A DNA stretch of 63,394 nt, counting the filler, from Choristocarpus tenellus KU-1152 (Eukaryota; Protista; Phaeophyceae): NCBI GenBank assembly GCA_964200185.2. It is 9 parts of 9 records of this genome, joined end to end, with 100 filler letters (N's around TTAATTAATTAA, not from the genome) between each part and the next. Parts side by side here need not be neighbours in the genome. Positions count along the whole stretch, not along the records: positions 31,630 to 43,622 come from CAXNAD020002035.1; positions 43,723 to 48,728 come from CAXNAD020012197.1; 7 more parts are not named here. The stretch is one strand, 5' to 3'. The notes below the pieces were generated by a model. That model made no database searches. It was not told the origin of the DNA and saw only the letters and a program-made list of their open reading frames with translations. This document shows positions 37,101-48,828 of this stretch, piece by piece. The position numbers were made by a program, and so were the translations under genes. How positions within the stretch are numbered: position 1 is the stretch's first letter; every line of letters starts with the position of its first letter.

Positions 37101-40100
37101 TTGTATGGGGCACCCTCTGCGCTAGTGCAAACATGAACTACATACCAAAAAACCCAAATATAGTTTTAAATTCTTTCAGAAACACTATCGATGATTTGTC
37201 CATCCATTTTTTGTTTGTAGAAAGATCTTTCATATAAATCATGGAAACAATGTAATGGGGGCTTGTTTTTGAGTGACCTTTTAACTCGTTTTATTAAGCA
37301 TCGCAACTAAAGGAGAACGGTTGCTCACATTTCCATACTTTTCCATACTAGTGGAGCTTGGTAGCAGTACTTGCGCACATAAGTGATTTCCTTGTGTCTT
37401 GCACGCTGAGCAGGATTGGTACGAGTTATACTGGTCTGTTGGTGACGGAGGACCGCAGCAGGATACTACATTTGAAGCGCAGAATACCTACACCCAGCAT
37501 GGGGCTATGATGCGAATTTTGGTGTCGTCAGATCCAGGCGTGATAAACTACGCGATACCGAATTCAAATCCCTTCGCCTCAAAAGGTATGTTGTGGACAG
37601 ATGGGAGGCAACGAGTATTTGAGTAGAATCTTAGGGGTTGATTACAACCTTGTTCTGTAGTTTCACAGAGGCTCTTGTTTTTCAAATACTAGACTACACT
37701 CATAATTTCTGTATTTCTTGCTTAACAGCAGCAACAATGTAGGTGGTGTGGAGTTGGGTTCATGATCGTGAATGGAGTTCAATTTTACCTATGTCGCGTA
37801 GATCCGAAGAAAACCCTAAAGGTCGAATATGTAGTTCATTAATGAGTATTGAAATTTAAATGCCACATCTTGAATATATTGGAGTTAGCAGGAACGTTGC
37901 AGTCTTCGGGAACCACCTTGGTCCTGGGGAACCACTGTTGTCATACTTCCTTCACGCCTTCAAACAAAGCTTTAGTTATTCTTGACACACAAGTTAGGTT
38001 CAAGGTTGGGGTTAGGTAATCGAAGACGTGTGTGAAGAAGTTGATATTGCTGGATCCTTGATATGTGGTGGTTTTCCCACACTGTGCTGCTGCACTACTA
38101 GTAATTTTTTTTTTGACTGGTTAGGGAGTTTGATACGCATGTACGATTAGGGTTATCTTTCACAGAGGGGTTTCCCTGTGCACTGAGAGATGTTGTCTTG
38201 TGCTCTAGAAAGATATTTGCATAAAATTGTGTAGATCTGTGGAATATATCTCTACTCAAGTTTATGAGACATTCGAATGTGAACAGATAAAGTTTGGAAT
38301 TTGTTTTTGAAGAAACAAATTTTGTCTAGCACAGTGGTGAGAGAGTTTGACCCTTGAATGGAGTATTGTACTCAGGAGAGATATTTGACATGTCCGGACG
38401 CCCTGTTCAAATGTGAGAAATCCACTTCAGTTTTGTGTAGTGTGGATGTACATCTTGGCTCAACCGGAATATAAATAGTCTTGGCTACAGTAGGTGTCAC
38501 TTCCCTACCATTGACTGACAACTGTCTCTAATTGTCCACACATTCTGGTTTGGATGGATTTGACGCCTTCCCTTTTCTCCAGGTGGTCTACCAGAGATCT
38601 GTGCATATGGAATGAGGAATCCGTTCAAGTGCAGCTTTGATAGGGATAATGACGACCTATATTGCGGGGAAGTGGGGCAAAATAGATTGGAAGAAGTCAA
38701 CATTATTAAGTGAGCAATTCATCAGCAAAGAAAGTTACTCAATATGAAATAAGTAGACTCTACCCTGTCCACTACAGACTATGCTCAGCACTGCTACGAT
38801 GAAAAGATACAGGTCAATTGCCTAATTATGTGTATAGATCCAGAACTTTAGGTTGTGCAATGTTCAATGTCTGCCCACTTCTAAGCATTCGCATTGGAGA
38901 TGTTTGGTTATCAACCTCCCAATAATTCTATGCATTTTTTTTAGGGTGTGTGTTGGATCAGTTGGGCGTCGTCTATGCACATCGAAGGAGACTTCAGCCA
39001 ATCACTTCATCCCCATCTTGTGTGCCAATGCTTTATTTAATGAATGAAGGTGTGGCAACAACTACGGCTGGAATAGCTTTGAGGCGGGACGCTGTAATGA
39101 TGCAATTGAGGGTGGCAACTGCTGGAACATCGATCGCTCTCCATACACACTCCCAACTTTCCAATACTGTCATCCTGATTACTATTCAGACAGTAGTGAG
39201 GATCAGTACACTGGTGGAAATGACATCTGTGGTGATAGGACTGTTGTTGGTGCCTCTGTTATTGGTGAGCTTGTTCGAGGAATACTGTCTGTGGCTGTGA
39301 TATCGATCTTTTATGGAGGATTGAGCATTAAATGGCTTGTGAAAGCAAACTGTAACACTCACAAGTTACCCTGTATCAGTGCCTGCTCAAATGTTGTATT
39401 TCAGATTCTGACTGTGCGGAAAAAATTCTAGGTTGTGCGTCATGCATCCAGTAACAGAGTGCTTATTCGAAACGATTACTTAAGACTTGATAAATGAAAT
39501 GCTCGTGACATATTTTCAGTTGTAAAACTTCCAATTCCATATCTAATTAGTTCATTCCATTTCTTTTTCAGGTGGTTACGTTTACAGGGGATCCAAATAT
39601 GAAGACATTGGACTCATTGGGAGGTATATTTTCCATGATTTCGAATACAAGTGAGTTTCTCAGTGACCGAGTATCAATAATCTGCCCCACACTGTTTTTC
39701 ACTCTTGATAAAGTGGCGCAGCAATAATTTGTGGTTGCGCTGGGACGATTACTCAAAAATATGTCTCATGACTTTAGGTTGCAAACTCTTCGATGATCTT
39801 GTTGACATTTAAAGCTTCCACTCCTGCGGAAGTTGAACAGTGAAGAAGGGATTAACACCTCATCCAGAATATTATGTCTAATACGTATATACAAGAAACG
39901 AAATATTGGCTTCATGTTTTCGATGTCTGCCAAAGTGCTCTATTAGATTGTGTGCAGCAAATGTGCGCGTTAACAATATTTGGTAAATCTTTTGATGGAT
40001 TATTTTATTTTATGTTTGCATGTGTGAGGAGTTACCTCGGGCAGTTATCATTTCCGGTCTATTTCCAACATCACAGAGCCTCACTGTGCCTTCGAAAAAA

Positions 40101-42654
40101 AATCGATAAATGGCTAGGGGTCAAATCCTGTTTTTGAGCCTTGTTGATGAAATCGATACAGGTTTGGCATTGCAACACTGTATTCCTCGTATGACACTCT
40201 TTGCGTCAGCTATACTTTCGAATGCCATGTTTACCTGGAGTAAACAATTTAACATTATGTGAAATTACTTCCTGTTGGCTTAACAGGTCTATGCACTATT
40301 TGAAGCCTGATGGAAATGGCTGGAAAGCGGGAACAATGTTTCCCAAGAACTCCCTTGACAAAATCGTTTCGTTTGCTGAAGACAATTCGGTGGGTCAAGT
40401 TTGTCAGAGCATATTTTAGACCCTGCGTTATTTCAATTCACCTTGGGAACTTCACATGCCACTGTAGTAACTTAATTATTCTCAGAGTCATCAAGTTAAA
40501 TTTCCATAAACAGTACCAACTGATCGGTGTCTCTCGTCTATAATCCAATACTAACCACAGGGTGAGCTTTACATCATAAATTGGGGTGGGGATATTTACG
40601 AGCTGCCTTGTGGTGACTTGTGCCCCGATGTAGAAGTAACCTACCCAGACTACACTTCCAAGGGTTGCTTCGTAGACTACTCGAGTCCTGTGATGAATGC
40701 GGACTACTTTTCAAGTGGTACAATGACTACAGACGTGAGTGTTTTGATTGCTTACGTGTACTGAAGCGTCCAAATGGTAACACCAATACAATTAGTTCTT
40801 GCCTGGAAGGAATTGCAGCCGCACTATAAGTTGGCCCATTGATGACACACGGGCTTGCTTGTCTTTCTGTCATATTAAATTGACAATGCTAAATTTTTTT
40901 GATGTACAATAAAAAAGGATACACCGTGTGAAATACGAAGATAATGCCAAACCTCTTTCAAAGAGTTGTTGCGCACAGACGGTATTTGCCTGTTGTTGTC
41001 ATCCTCATTGAAACATTCGACCTTGAGAGCTTTATCCAAAGGAGTAAATGAAGTAAAAACGCCTGAAAACTGTAGTGGCTGGCCAATTGTTGTTGACTTC
41101 GAAGTCCACGGTGATGTCTTTATTTCATTTGCATTTCAGTTCCATTGCATGTTAAATATACCTCTGAAACAATTGCCATACCTCCAATACTACGTGCCCT
41201 CGATATACAATGCCGATATTGCAACTTGACAACAACTCTTGTGCGTAACATTGTTCTGACAGGAATGCGCTCTGTTCTGCTATGGTTTGGGACACCCCTT
41301 TTTTGGAACGCAGTACGGTAACGAGTGAGTTGTAGGAGTCTCCTTTCACATGCGTTCATGGCGATATTACTTTTGACTTGCACATACCAGAGAAATTTCA
41401 TACACAGTTGCAAAGGGTGTTCCTGCAGGTACATGTCCACCCCGTTGACGTGTCAGGCCCAGATCCTAATTCCTGCTGCATCTTGCATCCTGTGGGAAAT
41501 AGTTTATTCATAGTACTAACATATTCGCCTTGGTTACCCAAACAACCTTTGTTCTAATTTCTTCTGTTCTATCTTCCTGCTTTAAACCATCAATACGAGC
41601 ACAGATGCTACTGTGGAGATCAAAATACCAACCTTCACGAAACATCCACGCAATGCAACATGGACTGTGCTGGTGATGATAGCAAGAAATGTGGTGGATA
41701 CAATGCTCTCAGCGCATACACCTTGGATGCACTATTTGAAAATCCTGAAGGTACATGTCACACTCAACGTTCTTTGCCATCATATCCTCCAGCTTGAAGT
41801 TTGGTACAGTTTGATTGACAAGTAGCAACGAGTAAAATCCTGTGCTTTATTTCTTTTCATGATGACACTAAAGTTTGGGCGAAAAAAAAACTTGAAAAAG
41901 CGATGATCTTGAACTCTAAAGTATTTGTCTATTCTTTATATGCACAGCTGGTTATTTTGTTTTACCCGGACCTATTAATGTAGAGGAAGTAAACTCAACA
42001 TCTGGAGCATGTTTTTGGGAAGGTAGATGATTTCTAATTATGCAAACATCCATTTTCCAATTGTCACCAATATTTGTCCAAACCATCTGCGAAGAGACAT
42101 GCACGGTCCTGGGAGGAGAATGCCTCGAGAAAAAAGAGTGCTGCAAGGGCACAGGATCTTATAATAAAAAAACCAAGTGCAAAAAGAACAAGTGCTGCAT
42201 GAAGAAGAAGAAGTACTGTGAGATAGACGAGTAAGTAACTATTGATGATGTCAATTTTCTACACCTGTTTGTTTGTTTGCTTTGCCATGTCAACAGGGTT
42301 CAGAGCAAAAGCATAATTCAAGAACGTTGTATTCTGGTCTGACATCCATGTCACTGTCCCGAATTTATAGCACAACACCATCCTGTAGGAATTAGTATGT
42401 TACGTCATGCTGTAGTGTGTGAATGTGTTTGACAAGTCAAGACGACCACTACCTGTCCACACCTTTTCAGTCAAGTGACAGCAACGGTTCAAATATTAAC
42501 TCAGACCTTGGTAGTGTTACTCATAGGCAGTGAACCTCAAGCCCTAACTGTCAAGCTGCAATATGTTTGCCTCTTGAAAACCAGGGACTGCTGTGGAAAA
42601 CTTACGTGTGTAAGCTCGAGTTGTACAAAGGTAAACAATAAGAGTATCTACTGA
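34124..42654 (+). CDS. Secreted HHIP/HIPL1-like protein: signal peptide, folate-receptor-like Cys-rich domain, glucose/sorbosone dehydrogenase (PQQ-type) beta-propeller, WSC domain, tandem cystine-knot motifs; 739 aa
   Basis: 16 exons: 34124-34360, 34538-34760, 35267-35406, 35798-35884, 36287-36361, 36797-36970, 37414-37585, 38583-38709, 39050-39264, 39572-39650, 40287-40389, 40561-40734, 41263-41324, 41605-41750, 42095-42230, 42585-42654 (2220 nt, open frame). Motifs: VRA|HPLC, EEGLLDFAFHPEFTTNGLFYVHY, HVGGWIGF, VGDGG, PEICAYGMRNPFKCSFDR, GNNYGW, GGYVYRG, SFAEDNSGELYI. WSC: YTSKGCFVD..MTTDECALFC..FFGTQYGNECYCG..CNMDCAGDDSKKCGG. Confidence 0.92.
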
Positions 42655-43770
42655 GAGGATAACCAGAGCACAGCCAAGACTAGTTCTTTAGGGTGATGAC
42701 TGTATTTTACGGTGTGCTGAATTGCAAGTGTGAGATATGACATGGTTTTCTTGTACTCTTTTCACGTTTGCTCACTGCTTGCAAGTATTGAAGAACAGAT
42801 TGCAGAAGAAAAAATTCTCAATGTGAGAAGCGGGAGGTGACTGCATGGCTATAGAGAACAAAACTAAGACGTGGTCTGTCTGTTTCTGTAGTGCAGTTCA
42901 GGAGGTAGAGAAATCTCTACTGGAGACATGCTTTTTCCAACAGCAAAAGTTTCGATATAGTAGATCCTCTATCTTACCACTCCTTGGGAGTGTGCAATAT
43001 TAATTTTGGGAGAGGGTTGTCACTCATTGTATGACGGGAACAAGATACAAATTTAGTTTTGTAGCCATAGCTTTGTACACTGGAACCATTTGGCTTGATT
43101 TGCTTCATTTCCCCATCTTCAGGTGGAGAAATAATGCACCCCTCGAATTCCCTTCAAAGTATGCCTTGGTGTGGTACTGTTGCCACGTCTAGGTGCCTTA
43201 ATGAGTTTTGATTATTTACATATTGTACCGATTACTGTACTTCATGAAGAACTAGTGTGAGGTAGATAGTGCCCTAGGTGGTGGGAATTTTTGCATATTT
43301 CACCACAATCTGAGGGAGTTGTGTTGTGAAGAGTCAAGGTTTGTCTTACTTTGCTGAGATGATGCAAGGAGTTAAGCAATAATATCAATGTGTACTTTCC
43401 ATTAAAGATGTGTAAACACTGCCTTCTCATATTATCTTTCTATCACAAGGATTGTGTTCATGTACAATATCACTGACTTTGTGCATGTAGGTAGTACGAG
43501 AGATAGTGAGGGATCTCTCAATGTCAAAAGAACACTTGCTTTTTTGTTTTTGTGTTCAATGATATATTTCTGCCCAGATGGGCAAATGGGCTGGAAGTAT
43601 CTGGAGAGGGGGGGGGGGTTACNNNNNNNNNNNNNNNNNNNNNNNNNNNNNNNNNNNNNNNNNNNNTTAATTAATTAANNNNNNNNNNNNNNNNNNNNNN
43701 NNNNNNNNNNNNNNNNNNNNNNAACAGAGCTTTCTCCTGGGTTTTAAAAAAAAAAATGAGGATCGTAGTT

Positions 43771-43918
43771 CCTGGGGGGGGGGGGATGGCGGCTGTCTAT
43801 CCGGGGCCCATTTTTTCATGTCGAGACTTTTGGTTGCATGTGTCTAATGGATAATGTAAGTTCACTTCTCCTGGTCAGAGCCTGAATGGACACCCTGGTG
43901 TAGACCCCCTCCCCCCCT
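43771..43918. mobile_element. MITE, subfamily A copy
   Basis: polyG-ATGGCGGCTGTCTAT..TTTGGTTGCAT..ATGGACACCCTGGTGTAGACC-polyC; colinear with 9467-9626. Confidence 0.7.
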
Positions 43919-46918
43919 ACACACACAATCTCTCTGTACAACAGAAACCAGCATACTTCAGCAGTATGAACCAACTGACACCATGTTACAAAAAAAAAAA
44001 TGGACTCACAGCAAGCTCTTCCCAAGTCAGGTACCACAGCTACACACCCAAGAAACCTCGTTGAGGGCCTTTGTCATTACCTGCACTGTGTATGTCTCAA
44101 GATTGTTGATCTCATCATGCTTTGGGTGTGCTGACCCGGGAAAAGTGACCTCATCTTCTGAACAACACAATCTTGCAGACCTCTGAGACACCTCTGCTTA
44201 TCCCAACAGCAGCATCCTACACACTGTACCCCTTTCACCTATCACAGCAGCGGGTGTTCATGTGCTGCCAATCTTGCTGCCCCATGGGTCTTCAATACAA
44301 AAACCGTTTAAAGTCAACCGGCATCAATATCAGCTCTGCAAGGTCTACGTACCCAATGGCCTTGTCTCGCAACTTGAAGGGGCACTCACTAATGCACTCA
44401 CAAATAAGAGCTGGCTGGGCTTCGACTGGGAAAACTTTTGGTGAGACAGGGGGAGATACATGGAAAAAAATGAAAAAAAAATTAGTCTCCCCGTTTTTCG
44501 GACTTTACATCCACTTGATAAAAAGCCCACTACAGCAAATAGTACATACCCTCACAATGAACTCTAAGGACTCATTCCCCATGCCTTCCTCAGATCAAGT
44601 TAATGTGAAGGAAGTGGTACAATAGACTCCATCTGAACAAGTCAAGAACAGTGACACAACCTCAATCTCAAGTAAGAAAGCAGGAGAATAGTCTCTACAA
44701 AACCTTTTCGTGTTACAGTGGATGCACATCACGTATCGACCTTTTGCAAACAAGCCCTTCATTAGATTTTAGATCAGCACAAGGAGCGATTCATGAGATT
44801 TCAGCAGTGGGAGGAATCCCTTCAAGACCCGGGACAAAGGTCACAAAAAGAAAAATATTTCATGTAGTGACCACACCAACAAGCAACCGTACTCAGCATA
44901 TCCTTAGAGCTTTGCAGGAACAACACGCCTCTCCCGAACCTGTCCCCTGCCCAACGCCAGTTCCCCATTTTTCAACCCCTCCCCCTCAATGCCATCCAGC
45001 TCACCATCACAGAGAAACTTGTTGTTGCCCATCCATAGCTCCCATCGCTTCTTAGGTTCACCACCCTTTCCCACTCCAAATCCAACCTGCCTAGGCCCGT
45101 CCAAGGACTCCCTCGCCTGTATTATATATCCAAGCATCGACCCCACCATGTCACGCCATAACAGAAAGGACAGTTATACTCACTGTGCCTAGGTGCAACA
45201 ATAAACTTTTACTTGGATATGCACATGTGTACAGGATAGTTGTGCAGGTGTGTGTGTGGGAGGGGGGCGGGGAGGGAGGGATAAAACATACCAAGAACTT
45301 TCCACATGCTTGAGTCATACGGAGAGAGAGAGAGAGGCCTTCTTGTACCTGCTGGCATCTCATACAACGCCTCATGTCCTCATCTGTCTCAAGCACGCAA
45401 TTACACTTCCTACCAACCAAGAGACTTGTACGTACGTAAATATCCTGATCCATCAATAGAAAAACTAGAGTTGCTACACACCTTTCTTTTTGTGTGAAAC
45501 AATGGATAAACTGCCGCCAACAAACAAAAAGAACTCACCTGTTTGCTACCAGGCCTGCTGCTGGCGTTACGCCCCCCCGACACTGGCTTGAACCCCCGCC
45601 CCCTACTCATTTGTCCCTTTGGGTGAGTGTGTGGAACCATATCGATGGCAGTACGTGATAGCGAGGGGGAGATAACAGTGTGAGGTTGGCAAGAAAGCAA
45701 GCTACCAAAAAGGAGAGAGAGGCATAGGCAGGGCTCGGGATTATGAGTAGGACACAATAAAAACATCGCACACGATTGCAATCAAGTTTCAACTGTGTTG
45801 TAATAAGGAAGCATTTCACATGATACCAACAAGGGAACACCTGTTCCTGTAAGCACAAAGAGGGTGTAAGGCACAAGAATGATACCAAATTTCATCCATA
45901 TGTATGGTCTAAACCACCCAAAGAAGAGCAGCTGAAGCACTTCATAGAGCCTTACCACTCCAGCACTAGCTCCACTCATTTGAGGTGGTCATTTAAGGGG
46001 GAGAAAGGCCAGTGAAGAATCCTTTAATAACCAGACAGATGTATCCAACCTTGTTCTGCTGGCTGGCGTCATTTCCAACATATATTTCTTTAGTCCAGGA
46101 AACACCACAAGTAGCATCTTTCAAAGCAAAAGAACTCTAGAGGACAATAGGTCAAATTACTGATAGGGGCAGGTCAGCCAATAATGAGCAAATTCAGCCA
46201 TCCTTTACTAGACGAAACAATTTTTTCTAGGGAGAACTAAAAATTTCTCCTCCATCTACCTTATCTGTTCTCAAAGCGAGTCAAATTATTTTCTCTAGAC
46301 ATACGACTGCACACTCATAAATGAGACACAAATGTGCAACAGCAAAAACTTGAGAAAATCACTAGCAAATTGATCAGGCCAGTGTTCAGGAACGATGCTA
46401 CATACTTAAACAAAGCTTAAGAGTACCAAAATACGGCATTGAATCCATTGGACAGGAGGCAGGCCAACCTCCAGACTCATGACTTCCTCTCCATGGATGC
46501 ACATCCTGGTGACAGAATATATGGGATATTCCATACAGTCCTCATTTGCGTGTTGTATTTTCTTGGATCTTGTGGAGGGAAAAAAAAGAAGCCCTACACC
46601 AAGAGCCAAGCACCAAGGACACGAGCAAGATTCCACAAGCCACTCCATCACGCATTAATTATTCAGTACTCAGCATGAACCTTGTCCAACTTGTTCTGAT
46701 TTTCTCACATCAATCACAGGCATTTTAGGGAACACTCTATTTATAGCACCAAAGAGTTATCCATAAATTTTTTCTTCTATTTAAGTGTTTTCGTCTCCTT
46801 AAAATCTCCTGAATTTAACCTTTCCCCCCCCCTCCCCATCTCCAAACCTTGTAAAATTGATGTGGTTCGAAGTGGTGTAACAGTATCAAAGCGTGAGAAT
46901 TTTCCCTCCCAGTCTAAC

Positions 46919-47975
46919 CTGGGGAGTACTAAGATAGCTGGAGGTTGAGGCAAAGAGGGGCGTGCCCGGCCCCCCAGAAGGGGTGCGATCGCCATCTGAA
47001 TGCCTGCGTGAGAACTGCTCCTTGGCCCTGTTTCGCGCCAATCGCCTCTTGCTATTCGCCCCTCCTGCCATACCCAAGATTGCCAGACCTTGACTGGTGC
47101 TCGAGTCTTGTTGTCAGGGAGTGTGGGGGGGTGGAGTTAGATAGGTCCAGGTAGGTTCTTCCAAATTTTCTGGCTGTCTATCAATCTTCCACAAATGCAA
47201 AAGAGACACACCTGCAGGCATTGCTGCCCCCTTCCCCTTGACAACGCCACCCCCGTCCTCGTCTTTCCTCTTCTCCTCAGCGGCACCCCCCTCCTCCTCC
47301 TGTGGACCTTCGTCAAACCAGTCGTCCGAACCCTTCCTTTCCTTTCCATCGAACTGGGAATACGCTCCTGAAGGCGACACACCAGGTCCAATTTGTGCCG
47401 ACCCACTAGCAGAAGTTTCAACCACAGAACCTTCTCCCGAGCTTTCCCTTCCCCGGACTGCTAGCTCCACCCCCTCGGTATCCTCCTCAGATAGTTTCAA
47501 GGGCAAGAATTTATGAGGGTCTGAGGGGGGCATTTCGGTGTCACTGCTGTCGGCCTCCATCGCCATTGGAGGTTCATGTGTGTTTTGGACCATCTCCACA
47601 TCAGTGCTCTGCAATAGCTCGTCAGTACGATGCTGCAGATCATCTTCTGCAGTGAGACTTTGTGAGCTCTCTTCGGATTCCTCCTCTGCGAAGTTGGCGA
47701 GATCATACAATGAGCAAGGGGTTAGGAGGTGGTGATCAAAGAAGTGTGTGGAGACTCATCACAATACCCAACTGCAACCCTTGAACCCTTAAGGGTGGAA
47801 AATGAGGTTCTTATTGGACATTCCTAGGTTGAAATTTTACAGTCTCACGTTTCCTTTCCCTCGCCGTCCTGCGACGACCTCCACCTCCCATGACTCCGCC
47901 ATTGCGTCGAACACTCGACAACGATTTTCGGATCCTGCCCACCACAGTGGTCCTAGAACTCCCTTCTCCTCGCAT
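46919..47975 (-). CDS. Hypothetical low-complexity protein (basic/Gly-rich N-terminus, acidic middle); 5' exons only, further probable exons down to about 44294
   Basis: Phase-consistent exons 47975-47849, 47685-47212, 47106-46919 with canonical donors and purine-rich coding-like composition. Further exon-like pieces near 46.5, 46.05, 45.55 and 44.3-44.43 kb could not be joined reliably. Confidence 0.5.
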
Positions 47976-48435
47976 GTTGACGTCTGTCTTCCACTCCACC
48001 ATTCTCTGTATGTGCGGCAGCCGCACTTCCACCACCCCCCCACCCCAATCTTTCGTGTAGACGTTGGTGGCAAATTCAACAACGGAAACCTTGCTTGGAG
48101 AGAAGGCAGGGCAGATTATTAGAGGTCCTACCCTTTACCATATTTTATTTGGAATGGACGGTACGACAAAGAGACCTATATATATCACATTTACAAATAT
48201 ACTAAAATTAGTAGTGTTATGAAGGGAGAATTGAATCGGGTAGGAAATATGTAAATCGGGCGGGTAATATTTCGACTAATGGAATTGAATCGAATTGAAC
48301 CAACAGTACAGAAGATGATTGATTGGGTATGTAAATCCAAATCTCCAAACACGAAGTCTAAACCCAAAGTCTCAACAATCAGATCTAAAGTGTTGAGAAG
48401 TTTTTAGATTGTTGGGATGGCTCCCTAACTCCTCA

Positions 48436-48728
48436 CCTCATGTCCACCACAAGGTAGGTTGGAGGGCAGTGATTTAGGATAACTGTTTTTTTCTATTTTC
48501 TGTTTAATTGACATTTGAACGATTTTCATTGGTTTTTCCCCTGATACATCCAGAAATGTCACCCTCATGTCCACCACAAGGTAGGTTGGAGGGCAGTGGT
48601 GTAGGATAACTGTTTTTTTCTATTTTCTGTTTAATTGACATTTGAACGATTTTCATTGGTTTTTCCCCTGATACATCCAGAAATGTCACCCTCATGTCCA
48701 CCACAAGGTAGGTTGGAGGGCAGTGGTG
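48436..48728. repeat. 127-bp tandem (satellite) repeat, at least 2.3 units, running into the contig end
   Basis: TGTCCACCACAAGGTAGGTTGGAGGGCAGTG recurs at 48441, 48568 and 48695 (period 127). Confidence 0.95.
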
Positions 48729-48828
48729 NNNNNNNNNNNNNNNNNNNNNNNNNNNNNNNNNNNNNNNNNNNNTTAATTAATTAANNNNNNNNNNNNNNNN
48801 NNNNNNNNNNNNNNNNNNNNNNNNNNNN

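Noticed and set aside
28782-42654. Apparent cluster of glycan-binding genes (CBM-like, PP2 lectin, WSC protein) as one system
   Set aside because: The genes lie on different contigs separated by artificial spacers, so no linkage can be inferred.
45349-45410. MYND zinc finger call for KCNC..RRCMRCQQ
   Set aside because: The required following YCSxxCQ..W..H half was not found, and exon phases could not be reconciled.
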